Below, piece after piece: positions 1 through 13,592 of a DNA stretch of 64,000 nt. The notes under the pieces are model-generated. The model was given only the letters and a program-made list of their open reading frames with translations, made no database searches and had not been told where the DNA came from. Position 1 is the stretch's first letter. Each line of letters opens with the position of its first letter. Position numbers and translations under genes: made by a program. Origin of the DNA: Octopus sinensis (taxonomy: Eukaryota); assembly GCF_006345805.1 (NCBI RefSeq), contig NC_042999.1, positions 91,450,001 through 91,514,000 of the forward strand, written 5' to 3'.

Positions 1-577
1 AAGCTGTTCCTTGAAAAAGGAGACATCTCGTCAGATTTAGCCCGAACACACTGTACAAACTATATAAGAACTGCTACAACACTACTCTTCTCAGTACAAA
101 TTTATTGATTCTCTATCACCACTTCATTGTAGATACTGTCACCGTGTCCTTTGGACACCATCTTAGAGAAAATTACTCAGCTACTAAAATCGTGATGCAA
201 TGACTGCTATTATATTACTACTACGACTATTAACACTGTAGACCTAATAGGTTATTACAGTTAACACTTCACCGTACCACTTCAGTCACGATCACGCAGC
301 TACAGGCTTTCAACCACACAACTAAAGCCATTATGATTGAAGCTAATTTTACGCCATTGCAGCACACAGAAATACATCTAAGTATAAGTAGTGGTCGATT
401 CTCCGTTGGTTTTCAATGATGAGGATTAAGTTGTTTGATTACCTGAACTTCCACTTGTGAAATTAACTTATAAGCGGTTAAGTATCCCACAAGACAGTTG
501 TACTCTTAATGTAATTCTCAGGTTGAATCAGTGTGATATGCGAAAAGACAGGAGTTTGAATTACAAGCGCAACGTAG

Positions 578-692
578 AGAGAGAGGAGTGAGAGAGAGAG
601 AGAAAGAGAGAAATAGAGCTGGAGAGAGGAGAGAGAGAAAGAGAGAAAGAGAGCTGGAGAGAGGAGAGAGATAGAGAGAGATAGAGAGAGAT
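578..692. repeat. Purine-rich (GA)n-type microsatellite
   Basis: Imperfect GAGAGA/AGAGCTGG repeats. Confidence 0.9.
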
Positions 693-3600
693 AATCAGTT
701 TTATGACTGAAATGGTATTTAATCTATGATGCCCGATCAGAAGCTAAGTTGACATCAGCAATATTTGAACTCAGACTGAATAAAGTTAGCCGTTCAATCC
801 GATGTGAAGATTCGCTGCTTTCACAACTACAGATAATGCTCTGCTTTTTCACTTACATCCTTAAGAACACATTACACTATCTGAGCTCTATTATGTCATT
901 ACAAAATGTACTACAAATACCACTTCAGCAATATAATCGCACATGAATATTATTGGTATCACCACAGTATTAGAACATCCACTACGCCTGCAACCATATT
1001 CTGACAAATACTACTATACCGCCATTACACCACTATATTAATGGTTCAATGAGGAATCTTCAATGCAGTCACCTAATTTGCTAAAAAGTGTGACTAGTCT
1101 ACTTCAAACCACACTGTTGAGTTTTAAAATAGGAGGGACACATTGAATAAAGTAGTCCTCGATAGAATACATAGAAAAAAAACTAGTTGGCACAGATGGA
1201 AACACTTTGGTGATTAGGTCTGCTCGATCAAGACAGAATTTAAACTAAACAACAACACCAAAATAACAGCAACAATATCACACTTCTATAGCCACCTTTA
1301 ATCGTTACAAGAAACACTATACAATTACAGCTTCCACTTTATTACGGTACATCCAATTCCTGTGATAACAGCACGACGGAAATAGCTTTGATGGTGATCG
1401 ATACCAGAACATACGTATATTCGACTCACTTCCTGGCTGATATGATTTAAAATACAAATATAGTTTTACACTTCAGTTTACATTAATGGTTGAAATATTT
1501 CATGAAGTATCATGTAAGTTTTTCTCAACTACAACTTTAATCCTTATACTCTCCAACGCCGTCGATAGATCAACAATACATCAAACTGTTCCAGGAAAAA
1601 GGAGACATAAAATATAGTCAAATTCGAGCCCGAAACCCTGAATAAACTATTTAAGAATTGCTTCAACGCTTCTCTTCTCTATCACCACTTCATTGTAGAC
1701 GCTATCATTATGTCCTTTGGACACCATCACAGAGACATTGTGCGACGTTGTGTCATACGATTTTGAGATCTTCACTTTTTGAACTTCATCATTATGAAAT
1801 TTGGGGTAGCATTCTGATATAATTTTCTGTTTGAATTGAAAGTCCTTTGGCTGTCTTCGTAGCAAATAATTCCAGTTAATGCGAACGTTTGAGATTCATA
1901 GATTATATGAAACCAGAAAATATATTGAAGACTTCCTTATGTCATCTATCTAAGAACAGTTAGCTTAGTAGCCCACACATGCCATCTCTTATTTATATTT
2001 TTCTCATTTCTCCCTCTCTTATATTCTAGTTATTTCTGTAAAAGAATTTGAATTTTTTTTATAAGCTAATGAAACATTTATAAAATTTTCTGAGAAAACG
2101 TTATTTTCCCTTCTTTTTTTTTTTATTTTGCCTGTGAAAAAAAAAAACGGACTGTCGTTATCACGAACTTAATGCACTGGTGACAAGTAATAAGCCGTAA
2201 ATACTTTAATTGGTAAGCCAGTGTCTTCTCACTTTTGCTACTTCTTGCTCTCCGAATATTCTGAATCCGAAGTTCTTTATTTTTCGTAAATGTAATTTAA
2301 TTTTAATTTGGAAGTGCTGGCGATAATAGAGATTCCAGAGCCGCAATTATGAGTCGTGAGTTCATTATGATTAGCTAGGTTTAATCAAATCAGAGAAACT
2401 GACGACAATTCTGTCAATATATTTTAGATGATTGATATTAATTATTGCTAATTATATCTTCCAGGTTTTTCACAAATTTTACTTTTGATTTGTTAATTGT
2501 ATTTTATAAACAAAGATCTCGTAATTAATATATGTGCACGTGTGTGTGTAAGCTTGTGTGTGTATGTTTGCCTATATATGTCTTTCGTGCTTTATATATA
2601 ATTATTTGCTATGTTCGGTATTTCATAAGATCAAGGACTTCTTTTATTGTGCAAACGATGTAAGCAAAAAATCTCGAGACTGTATGTTCAGTTTTTGGCC
2701 TTAATGATAACGAAGAATAGAAGCGAATTTTAATATAATTTTCTGGTTTAATTTCGATTTGAATGTCATATGTCTGTGTTTAAATCACAGGAATCCAGTT
2801 AATGCGATCTTTTGAGATTCATATATTATATGAAGCCAGGAAATGTAAATATTTAGACACTGACGACTGATAAAGCTCATGTAACTGATTGTTTGTCTTC
2901 TCTATTGATTTATAGACTAAACCCAACCAACCAACTTTCTTATATTGACTATGATCATCGTAACTCTCCACTATATTTGTGTAAATGGATTACCATTCTA
3001 ACATTGTATCTGATATAGTTAAAAATTGGCTGTTTCCGTTTCCGAGAAACCTAGCGGTCTTCATTTGTATTTATGCATTTGAATGTTTTACTTTTTTCTT
3101 TTTTAAAGTGCTCACATACACAGACATACGTTGAAAGACATATGTATGAACATGTGTATATTTTAATATAAGTGAGTTTTTTGTTATATTTCTGAGTAAA
3201 TACATACGTATGATAGGGTCGTGTGTCTGTACTTGTGTATGTTACTGCGTGAACATAAAAAAACCCATTAATGAACATAGTTTACGTAACATTATTGTTT
3301 GCTGATAGTACATAAACTGATTTTGTGTTTTGACTCAACATCCTTCATCAGAAGGATTCCATTTCTCGCACAAACACTTATAAACATATAATTACACATG
3401 CATCAACTTACACACATGCATAGATACTTCAAAACACATGCACACACACACACTCACACACACATATACATACATAATACATACATACATACATACATAT
3501 ATGTGTACGTGTGTGTGTGTGTATGTGTGTGTTTTATAAGGAGATCGTATAAAGCTTATGTTATATAATCTAGTTTCGGGTGATTCCACGCTACTTCAAC

Positions 3601-5029
3601 ACCGTCAACAACAAATCAGCAGAAAAGAAATTCCGTAAAAAAAAAAGGGATGGTTTGGCGTTCACAATATGTATGCGGGTATTTAAGTCTTCGAGACGCA
3701 CATAATACGCTTATTACACTACAAATATAGAATCCAAGTCGCAATCGTTTTTTATGTAGCTATACTTTCTTTATATACATTGTGGCATATTTTCCACACT
3801 GCAAATTGTTAGCAAGACGTGTATGTATGTTTGTATGTATTCATATGCATATACATACATGCATATATATATATATATATATCTTTGTTATGTATATTAT
3901 AAAGTATATATTATAAAGCGCATGCACATACATATAGTATAGCACCTGACTTTCTAAATCATTTAGTCACGTCGTCTTACGCGTATTTCATAAATGTTAA
4001 ATAGTATCCGTTGCTTAAGAAAAGAAAACTTTATATTAATATTATATTATCAAATCTTCAGAAATTTCGTAACACTCGTATGTTTATAAAGGACAGCATT
4101 ATCATATCAACGATTATAACTACTGAAAGTAGTTATGGTCATTGATATTATAAGGCTTGCTATAAGTTCATTATAAAACAACGACCATTATTATTGACAC
4201 ACATATGTAAATGTATAACTGTGGGATGCTCAGTGTTGCCCCAATAGCTGGATGTCAGTATCACAGAGGATCTTGCGTAGCAAATGCATATGCTTAGCAT
4301 TGATTGAATCGCATCACAAAGATTTGCTTTTCTCTTAGAGACCAAAAAATATTTCTACCCCCAACAGCTACAGACATTTTACAAGACTTAAATGAGCCAC
4401 AAAATGGAGTACTGCTTCCACAGCTGGGATGGTGCTGCCGCTACCCACATAGATATATTGATCACGTTTACGGATAAACATACAAGCTCTAGCCTCCGGG
4501 CTGTCATTTGCATTTCAAACCCATTCATTTTCCCTCTTCCCGCAAATTTTGGTGCATCCAGCACCATCGGGGCCAGAATACCCATTTTACCTAGTCCTAG
4601 TTTAAGAACTACTTCAGTGTTTTGACTATGTAACCATCCGTTGAATGTTATACAGACTAATTTTCGAACAGAAGTAAGAGTAAATTTCAACCATTATCAG
4701 TCATATGACAGTATATAGTAACCAAGTTAGATAAATTCGATACATTTCATCTTACGTGGTTACCTTATATAATATACAATAAAATCAGAGTTGACACTCC
4801 CACAACCAATGGTGAATTAACGAATGGAGAAAAGTGGAGAAACACTGCCAATAATATTAATATAATGTTATCGCCATATTAATATGGCATTCTTATAGAT
4901 ATAAGAATAATCGCTGCCGCTGGTTAGCTCCATGAGGCCACCGCCTTAAGATAGCTATTGATACACGATCTGTATCCATTATAACCTTCGAACAAGGGAG
5001 GTCAGCCGCTTCACACTGCCAGTCCGACA

Positions 5030-5071
5030 GCTACAGACGCGTTTCGGGGTATTGCCCCTTGTCAATGTAGC
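5030..5071 (-). ncRNA. Minimal type I hammerhead ribozyme, U3:A8 core variant
   Basis: Minus strand reads GCUACA-UUGACAA-GGGG-CAAUA-CCCC-GAAAC-GC-GUC/UGUAGC: 6-bp stem I, 4-bp stem II, palindromic ACGCGU stem III, GUC cleavage triplet (cut between 5036 and 5035). Confidence 0.8.
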
Positions 5072-5388
5072 GCAGTCAGGCCCCGCAGGTGTCGCCACTG
5101 ACGTCTCTGTTCGAAGGCTATATTTACTAGTTTCAGTGGAATACATCCACTTGTTTTCAATAATAGAAATATTAAAATTACTAAGTCTCTATAAAAGAGA
5201 TTACGACAGCGTTTACTGGAAATTAAATGTTATCGCCATTAATATGGCATTCTTATAGATATAAGAATAATCGCTGCCGCTGGTCAGCTCCATGAGGCCA
5301 CGCCTTAAGATAGCTATTGATACACGACCTGTATCCATTATAACCTTCGAACAAGGGAGGTCAGCCGCTTCACACTGCCAGTCCGACA

Positions 5389-5430
5389 GCTACAGACGCG
5401 CTTCGGGGTATTGCCCCTTGTCAATGTAGC
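5389..5430 (-). ncRNA. Second copy of the U3:A8 hammerhead, with an A15.1-to-G change
   Basis: Identical to 5030-5071 except GAAAC becomes GAAGC. Confidence 0.7.
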
Positions 5431-5740
5431 GCAGTCAGACCCCGCAGGTGTCGCCACTGACGTCTCTGTTCGAAGGCTTATATTTACCTAGTTTCAGTGG
5501 AATACATCCACTTGTTTTCAATAATAGAAATATTAAAATTACTAAGTTTCTATAAAAGAGATTAAATATGACATAATAAAAAATATTCATCGTAAAAAGT
5601 ATATTAAAAAGTATATTTTTGAGTTATACTCTGATAACTTATCTCTTGTTTTTCAAATCTGAGAAATGAATCTGTGATTTATTAGTTTGAGAATTTTTTA
5701 TATTTTTATCAAGTTAAAAAGACTCCACCAAAATTATCCA

Positions 5741-5792
<52 letters not shown>

Positions 5793-6071
5793 CAAAGCAA
5801 TGAAGTTATTAGATCCAGCAGTTGAGAATGAGCTATTTCCTTTTTATATAGGGTGTGCTTTTGCTTCTTATTTCGTTGTTGTATATGTTCGCTGTTACCA
5901 TTCCAGTAGATGTTTAGTCAAGCTAAACACTAATATTAGTGATTTTCTCGGATTTTAAGAAGGAATTTTGTTAGGGCCTTGCAAAAGAATTATTTGAAGT
6001 GAAGGACGATTGTGTGCGAGTTTGGCTCGAGGCTTTGTAGTGTCTAAAACATACTTGAGACCTATAAACAC

Positions 6072-6265
<194 letters not shown>

Positions 6266-7387
6266 TGTACGTATGTATATATATATAATACAAAATGGGA
6301 CATGAACGCAAAATATCCGGACAACTAGGTGATAGAAAAAGGAACAACAAAACATCCAGATAGACGATACCAAAAAAAACAAGGACGGGTCATTCGAAGT
6401 TTTCTATCTTTCAGCCGAAATGGCGAGGATAATCTGGTTCTTGACTGAAGAGAAGTTGACTGTAGGAGGAGTTAGCTAACAACGCCATAAACAAACACAC
6501 ACCGATTTTCCACATTTGTAGTAGATATGTGTATATTTTTATGAAGAGTTGAATTTTGATTCGTGGCTATAAAACCCAGTGAATCAATGAAAGCTATTTT
6601 ATTGTATAATATAATAATACCCAAGAAATCGATTTGCGATGAAGCAATTGTAAATTAATGTAATAAAAAGACATTATCTTTGGTAATCATAGTAGAAAAT
6701 CCGTGGATAAAACAAAACATCTCCAAGTTATTGTATACCTGATAGCTTGGACCCGCGATTGACCTTAATAGAACGAACTCCAGGGTTAACACCCGAGTGA
6801 AATTATATGTGAGTGTGTGTGTTTGCGTGTAGTGTATGTGTTTCTTTGGGTGGGTGTGTTTGCTGGAACATCGATCGAAGCTCTTAACCGTTCTCCCTCT
6901 CCACCCTTCTGATGGCATAATGCTTAGCAACTTTGGCACAATTTCGAAGGCTTTTTAGTGGAAGTTATTCCGAACTGTAAGTTTTGTATACTTCACGTAT
7001 GTAAATGGTAAATTTGACCTCAGCGCTATTCAAACTAAGATCACAAATAAATGAAATTATTATCTTTGACAAAATTAGCTAGGTAAAGTCATTTTAATAT
7101 TAATGTGTCCGAAGTATTATCAAATATGTGATGAATAACTAGAAATGAATATTTATTAATGGCTACATCGCTTCTTTCTTGTCTCCATCGAAGGGTCCTT
7201 GATAGTAGAATTAGTTGAGAGCCGTATAATATCCCTTGTGGTCTTCTGTTATGAACCACCATATTCTTAATTAGAATTTTCTTGGCTCGTATTTCGGCAT
7301 TATGATTAAGACAGAAATAATTATTTATTCATGGCAACTACAGGAGAAAATGCTAGATGTTTCTAATTATCTAGCATGTCAAAGTGT

Positions 7388-7605
7388 TACCGTTTAAACA
7401 CTCATACATTGGCGGCGCATAAGACGCAGTGTCACATAAGACGTACCCCTATTTTACAAGTATATTTTGTGGAAAAAGCAAATGTAATGTTTTATCATAC
7501 ATTTATACACTCTGTATCCCATCTGTAATACGGTTGCATTAGACGCGTAGCAATTTTTTGATAGATAATAAAAAAAGCGCGCTTTATACATCGGCATAGC
7601 GGGTA
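7388..7605. mobile_element. Degenerate Tc1/mariner-type MITE
   Basis: TACCG...GGGTA-like ends, repeated (A)TAAGACGC/TTAGACGC subterminal motifs, and GCGCTTTATACATCG as an imperfect inverted copy. Confidence 0.4.
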
Positions 7606-8325
7606 CACTAAAACTTACAGAAAATTAAAATTCAGTACTCATTGGAAGAAGACAATGTGGTTGAGATACGTATCACCTTAATTGATGGATTTCCTCAAAA
7701 CACGTAAAACAACTGCACACAGTACACTCACTGTTTCGACACACATTCACTCAAAACTCCAAATTACAGAGAATGAAGCAAGGTATTTAGAATGTAGATT
7801 AAAGAAAACATTCAATGGTAAAATGACTAAGTAAATAACAAATAAATCGTAAGTAATGGGAATATTGGTAATTAAAACAAAACCAAAAAGAATGAGATTC
7901 GATATTTAAATGCATCAAGAACTATTAGAATACATGGTAGGAGTAGAAAAAACAGACTTTAGTTGTGTACACGAACAAGAATTACTTCAAGCAATTTGTG
8001 TACAACTGCACTCGTAGAATGATATAATTTATTGGACACATGCAAAGGAAATTAAAGAGAAACGACTGAAATGGACAGTACATATTTGAGGTGTTTAGTA
8101 TTAAATACTTGCACCGCTAGATTAAATTGATTATCGCATGTTCATACACAAAAAGTTCAAAAGAAAAATGGTCTTAATAATGAAATTAACTCACTACCTC
8201 ACTACGATTGTGTACATGCAAGGCACACACATTTGCGCACAAACGCACTAACACACACACAAATATATATTACTTACATGCACATATGTATATAATATAT
8301 ATACATATATCTAGGTAGGTAATTA

Positions 8326-8368
<43 letters not shown>

Positions 8369-8414
8369 ATGCATTCACAGATATGTAGGTTTATATACAT
8401 AATATATATATATA

Positions 8415-8615
8415 GGCGTAGGAGTGGCTGTGTGGTAAGTAGCTTGCTTACCAATTACATGGTTCCGGATTCGTTTCCACTGCGTAGCACCTTGGTCATG
8501 TGTCTTCTACTTTAGCCTCGGGCCGACCAAAGCCATGTGAGTGTATTTAGTAGACGGAAACTGAAAGAAACCCGTCGTATTATATATATGTATATATATA
8601 TATATATTATATATA

Positions 8616-8646
<31 letters not shown>

Positions 8647-8841
8647 GTGTGTGTGTGTGTGTTTGCCCCCCCCCCTAACATCAACCGATGGTGGTGTGTT
8701 TACGTCCTTATAACTTAGCGGGTCGGCAAAATAGACCGATAGAATAAGTACTAGGCTTACAAAGAATAAGTCCTGGGGTCGATTTGCTCGACTAAAGGTG
8801 GTGCTCCAGCATGGCCACAGTTAAATGACTGAAACAAGTAA
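8415..8841 (+). mobile_element. tRNA-derived SINE with internal (TA)/(TG) tract
   Basis: A-box-like TGGCTGTGTGG and B-box-like GGTTCCGGATTCG; body and tail (GATAGAATAAGTACT...GCTCCAGCATGGCC...TGAAACAAGTAA) shared with 15943-16340 and other copies. Confidence 0.85.
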
Positions 8842-8852
8842 TATATATATAT

Positions 8853-8890
<38 letters not shown>

Positions 8891-8891
<1 letters not shown>

Positions 8892-9585
8892 TACAATATA
8901 AGGGCAAAAGCAAAAATTCTAATGCCAAATATGCCAAAAATGACAAAAAATTGTCGATTAACCATTATAATATATGCGTCTCGAAATAAACCGATAGAAA
9001 TTTTTAAAAAATTCGTTATTACCGTATTGGACCAATTTCGGAATTAATTCATAAGAATTTTCTCCTCTTCAGCGGCAAATACGCGAGATATAAGTGAAAT
9101 ACTTACTCATACCCATGGAAAAAGCAAACACCAAGTCCTGAGCAGACCTAAGTACCCCAAATATATCCAAAATAGAAAAACTTCGGCACGTTTCGAGACA
9201 CGTGTGATTCGAACTAGAAACTTTCACAGAGTGATAGAATCCGGAAGTGAACACAATTCAAATTTATAACTAATGTAGGATAAATTTTTTTGACGGGAGA
9301 AAAAATTTCATCAATGGCCAGCATATCAAAAAATACCTTTAAATTTTTGTCTTTTTTGGCATATTTGGCATTAGAAATTTTTCTTTAGCCCTTATATTGT
9401 AAATTATTTATAAATTTAACCTTTAAAGTTATTTTTTGTCTTTTTTGGCATATTTGGCATTAGTATTGTTTCTTTTGCCCTAATATTGTAATTTATTTAT
9501 AAATTTAACCTTTAAAGGTATTTTTTGATATGCTGGCCATTGATGAAATTTTTTTTCCGAAAATAAATTTTATCCTACATAGTTA
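8891..9585. mobile_element. Foldback/MITE-like element with two overlapping pairs of inverted repeats and a duplicated arm
   Basis: 8891-8952 is the inverse of 9341-9402, which is repeated at about 9433-9491; 9267-9343 is the inverse of 9511-9585. Confidence 0.7.
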
Positions 9586-10044
<459 letters not shown>

Positions 10045-10226
10045 AAAAGGGCTTAGTAAAATAAATTACTTTGCCGCATACTGAACTCATTAGAAATAGC
10101 AGCTAAAAAAACTTTTTTAAAGCTATTTCTAATATTAAAGAAAACCTCTCTCATATAGTGTTTGCTCAATTCAACTCACGAAAGTATGGGGGTAGAGACA
10201 TTAAAAAATCAAATGCAAAGGTTATT

Positions 10227-10278
10227 TGAGAACGTACGTTTCAAGATTAGTCAACTCGACATTTCTATCATCAGCTCA
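10227..10278 (-). ncRNA. Type I hammerhead ribozyme with canonical core
   Basis: Minus strand UGAG-CUGAUGA-[U AGA AAU GUC GAGUU GAC UAA UCU U]-GAAACGUACGUU/CUCA: stem I UGAG:CUCA, palindromic ACGUACGU stem III, GUU cleavage triplet. Confidence 0.75.
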
Positions 10279-10781
10279 GAACTCCCTGGTTTGGATTTGA
10301 AAACACTGAAAGTGGGAGCATACCCTTCGGCTTCTTATCGCTTCTGAAGATCTGCTCGAAACTAACAGTGCCAGCAAACTCAAAAATGCAAGCGAAGAAT
10401 TTCTGCTCTCCCCTTTCCACCAGCGTTGGTTAAAATCAGTAACACTATGCTTTTTTCGGTAAAATCCGAGGCATTATATAGAGAGAGATGAGATTATAAT
10501 TTCAACAATTGAGGGTAAAATTAATTAATTAATCAATTTCACCAAGTATTCAGTATGCAAGGGACCAATTAAGGCGAATTCTAATTATTACATTTATTAA
10601 AAGGGCTTAGTAAAATAAATTACTTTGCCGCATACTGAACTCATTAGAAATAGCAGCTAAAAAAACTTTTTTAAAGCTATTTCTAATACTTAAAGAAAAC
10701 CTCTCTCATATAGTGTTTGCTCAATTCAACTCACGAAAGTATGGGGGTAGAGATATTAAAAAATCAAATGCAAAGGTTATT

Positions 10782-10834
10782 TGAGAACGTACGTTTCAAG
10801 ATTAGTCAAACTCGACATTTCTATCATCAGCTCA
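10782..10834 (-). ncRNA. Second copy of the 555-bp-family hammerhead, core intact
   Basis: Same as 10227-10278 with one extra nucleotide in the stem II loop. Confidence 0.75.
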
Positions 10835-10883
10835 GAACTCCCTGGTTTGGATTTGAAAACACTGAAAGTGGGAGCATACCCTT

Positions 10884-11669
<786 letters not shown>

Positions 11670-13592
11670 TACTTTGATACTTTGATACTTTGATAGGTTT
11701 CGGCCATTATTGGCCCAGGCCATGTCTAACTTAATAGCACCACCTGGTGAAGTCTTTCAAGTCAAAATTTGGGCACTATGGCCCACTCAAGTAGAGAGTT
11801 ATTGTTTACAGAGACATATCCGGGTGTAGGGGGTTTATCCGGGATTTCTTGAAGGAATCTGTCCAAAGACTTCTTGAACTCTATAGGGTCAGTTTCTGTT
11901 TTAATGTGTTTTGGTGGTGTAATGTTAAAGAGAGCGGGGCCAATTGAGGTGAAATAATGGCCGTATTGTTGTTATGAGATGAGAGTGCAATTTTGTTTTG
12001 GACGGATGGCACGGGGCCCAAGCTTTGGATGTACCTTAAAGTGATGCCAACATCATTTGGGCAATGCTGATGGAATATTTTCCACATCATGCAGATGATG
12101 TAGCGCTCACGACGACGTTGGAGAGAATAGAGTTTTAGCTTTTAGTCTCGACCCCAATAGTCGAGGCCTGTCATGCCATAATCTTTTTTGTGATTGCCCT
12201 TTGAGGTGCTTCAACTCTTATGATACCTTGTATTGTGTGGGGAGACACACAGTGGACAACAGTATTCAAGGTGGGGTCGGGCAAAAGTGGAGAAGAGAAG
12301 GATAATGTTGTGGATATCTCTCGACTGGAAAGTTCTGAGAATCCAGGAACACATTCTGCGGGCCATGTCAACTTTGGTGTTTATATGAGTGGCCCAGCTT
12401 ATGTTGTTGTCCACAATTACTCCCAAGTCTCTGATGTTGTTGGACGCCGCGAGAGTTTCACCTGAAGGAAGGGAGTATGGGAGTTTCAGGGCATCCTCTT
12501 TTCCAAAGTGGATTAACTCAAATTTATCCTCGTTCAGCAGCATATTGTTTTTTTCTGCCCATTGGATAACAGCCAGTAGATCTGACTGAAGGCATGTCCG
12601 TCACTCGCCTCATTATGACCTTCTGTAGCTTGGAGTCATCTGCAAAGATTTTTATGTTGCTGTGCTTGATGATGTCATTAATGTCATTAATGTAAATGAT
12701 GAAAAGAAGTGGGCCCAGCACAGTGCCTTGCGGAACGCCACTACTGACTTTGGCTGGGCTTGATTTTACCCCTTCAACTACAACATGTTGAGATCTGTCT
12801 GTCAGAAAACACTTGATCCATTTCAGTAACTTCCCAGAGACACCAATGCTGGATAGTTTTTTCAATAGGATCTTGTGATCGACCCTGTCGAAGGCCTTAC
12901 TGAAATCAAGGTAGATGACATCGGTGTTGGAGCCCTCTCCCAAAGCTCTCAAAATGTCCTCAAAGTCATGCAGGAGCTGCGTTAGGCAGTCCCTTCCATT
13001 ACGGAACCCATGTTGGTTGGAGATCAGCCGTCTGTTGCTTTCCAGAAATTGGGTTATTCGAGATCTCACCACCCTCTCAAATACCTTGATGATATGAGAG
13101 GTGAGTGAGATCGGACGGTAGTTCACTGCAAGGGCCTTGTTTCCCTTTTTGAAAACTGGGACAACAGACTGGCACAGAAGGTTTTTTGGAATATACCCAG
13201 CATCCAGTGAGTTTCTCCACAGATTAGCAAGGGGAGATGCAAGTTGGTGTCGACACACCTTCAGGACACAAGCAGGGAACCTATCGGGGCCTACTGCTGA
13301 ATTGTGTTTTATTTCGTTTATCGCTGCTAAGACATCAGGGGCACTAAACGTTATGTCCGATATAGTGTGTTGGGGGTTGACATCACTGATACAGCCCAGA
13401 TCGGCCATATCAGGATTGCTGAAAACAAAGCAGTATTGTTTCTGCAGTATCTCGGCCATGGATTTGGCGTTATCTTGGAGAGTGCCAGTTTCATCAATTA
13501 GAGGGCCAACAATGGAGACAGTGACCCTGCGTTTCCTCGCAAATGAAAAGAACACTTTGGGGTTGAGTTTGATTTTTTCAATGGCCCCCCCC

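Larger units (their letters stand above)
4862..5563 (-). mobile_element. Head-to-tail tandem of a 359-bp non-coding unit (about 1.95 copies), one hammerhead ribozyme per unit; retrozyme or Penelope pLTR-like
   Basis: 4862-5202 and about 5222-5563 differ at about 10 positions; each carries an HHR motif on the minus strand; no meaningful ORF. Confidence 0.75.
10045..10883 (-). mobile_element. Tandem 555-bp unit (about 1.5 copies), one hammerhead per unit, inserted in (TA)n; Penelope pLTR or retrozyme-like
   Basis: 10045-10322 is repeated near-identically at about 10600-10883 (period 555); both flanks are (TA)n arrays; HHR on the minus strand of each unit. Confidence 0.75.

Noticed and set aside
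3320-3360. Possible degenerate hammerhead (minus strand CUGAUGA-AG-GAU...GUC-AAAAC)
   Set aside because: G12 is lost, stem II is weak and there is no stem I/III pairing; chance cannot be excluded
6380-6415. Possible hammerhead next to (TA)n (minus strand CUGAAAGA...GAAUGACCCGUC)
   Set aside because: Core deviates at several invariant positions and stem II does not pair
10340-10370. Plus-strand CUGAAGA...GAAAC motif in the 555-bp unit
   Set aside because: No stem II or stem I; the segment instead forms a GAGCA:TGCTC hairpin
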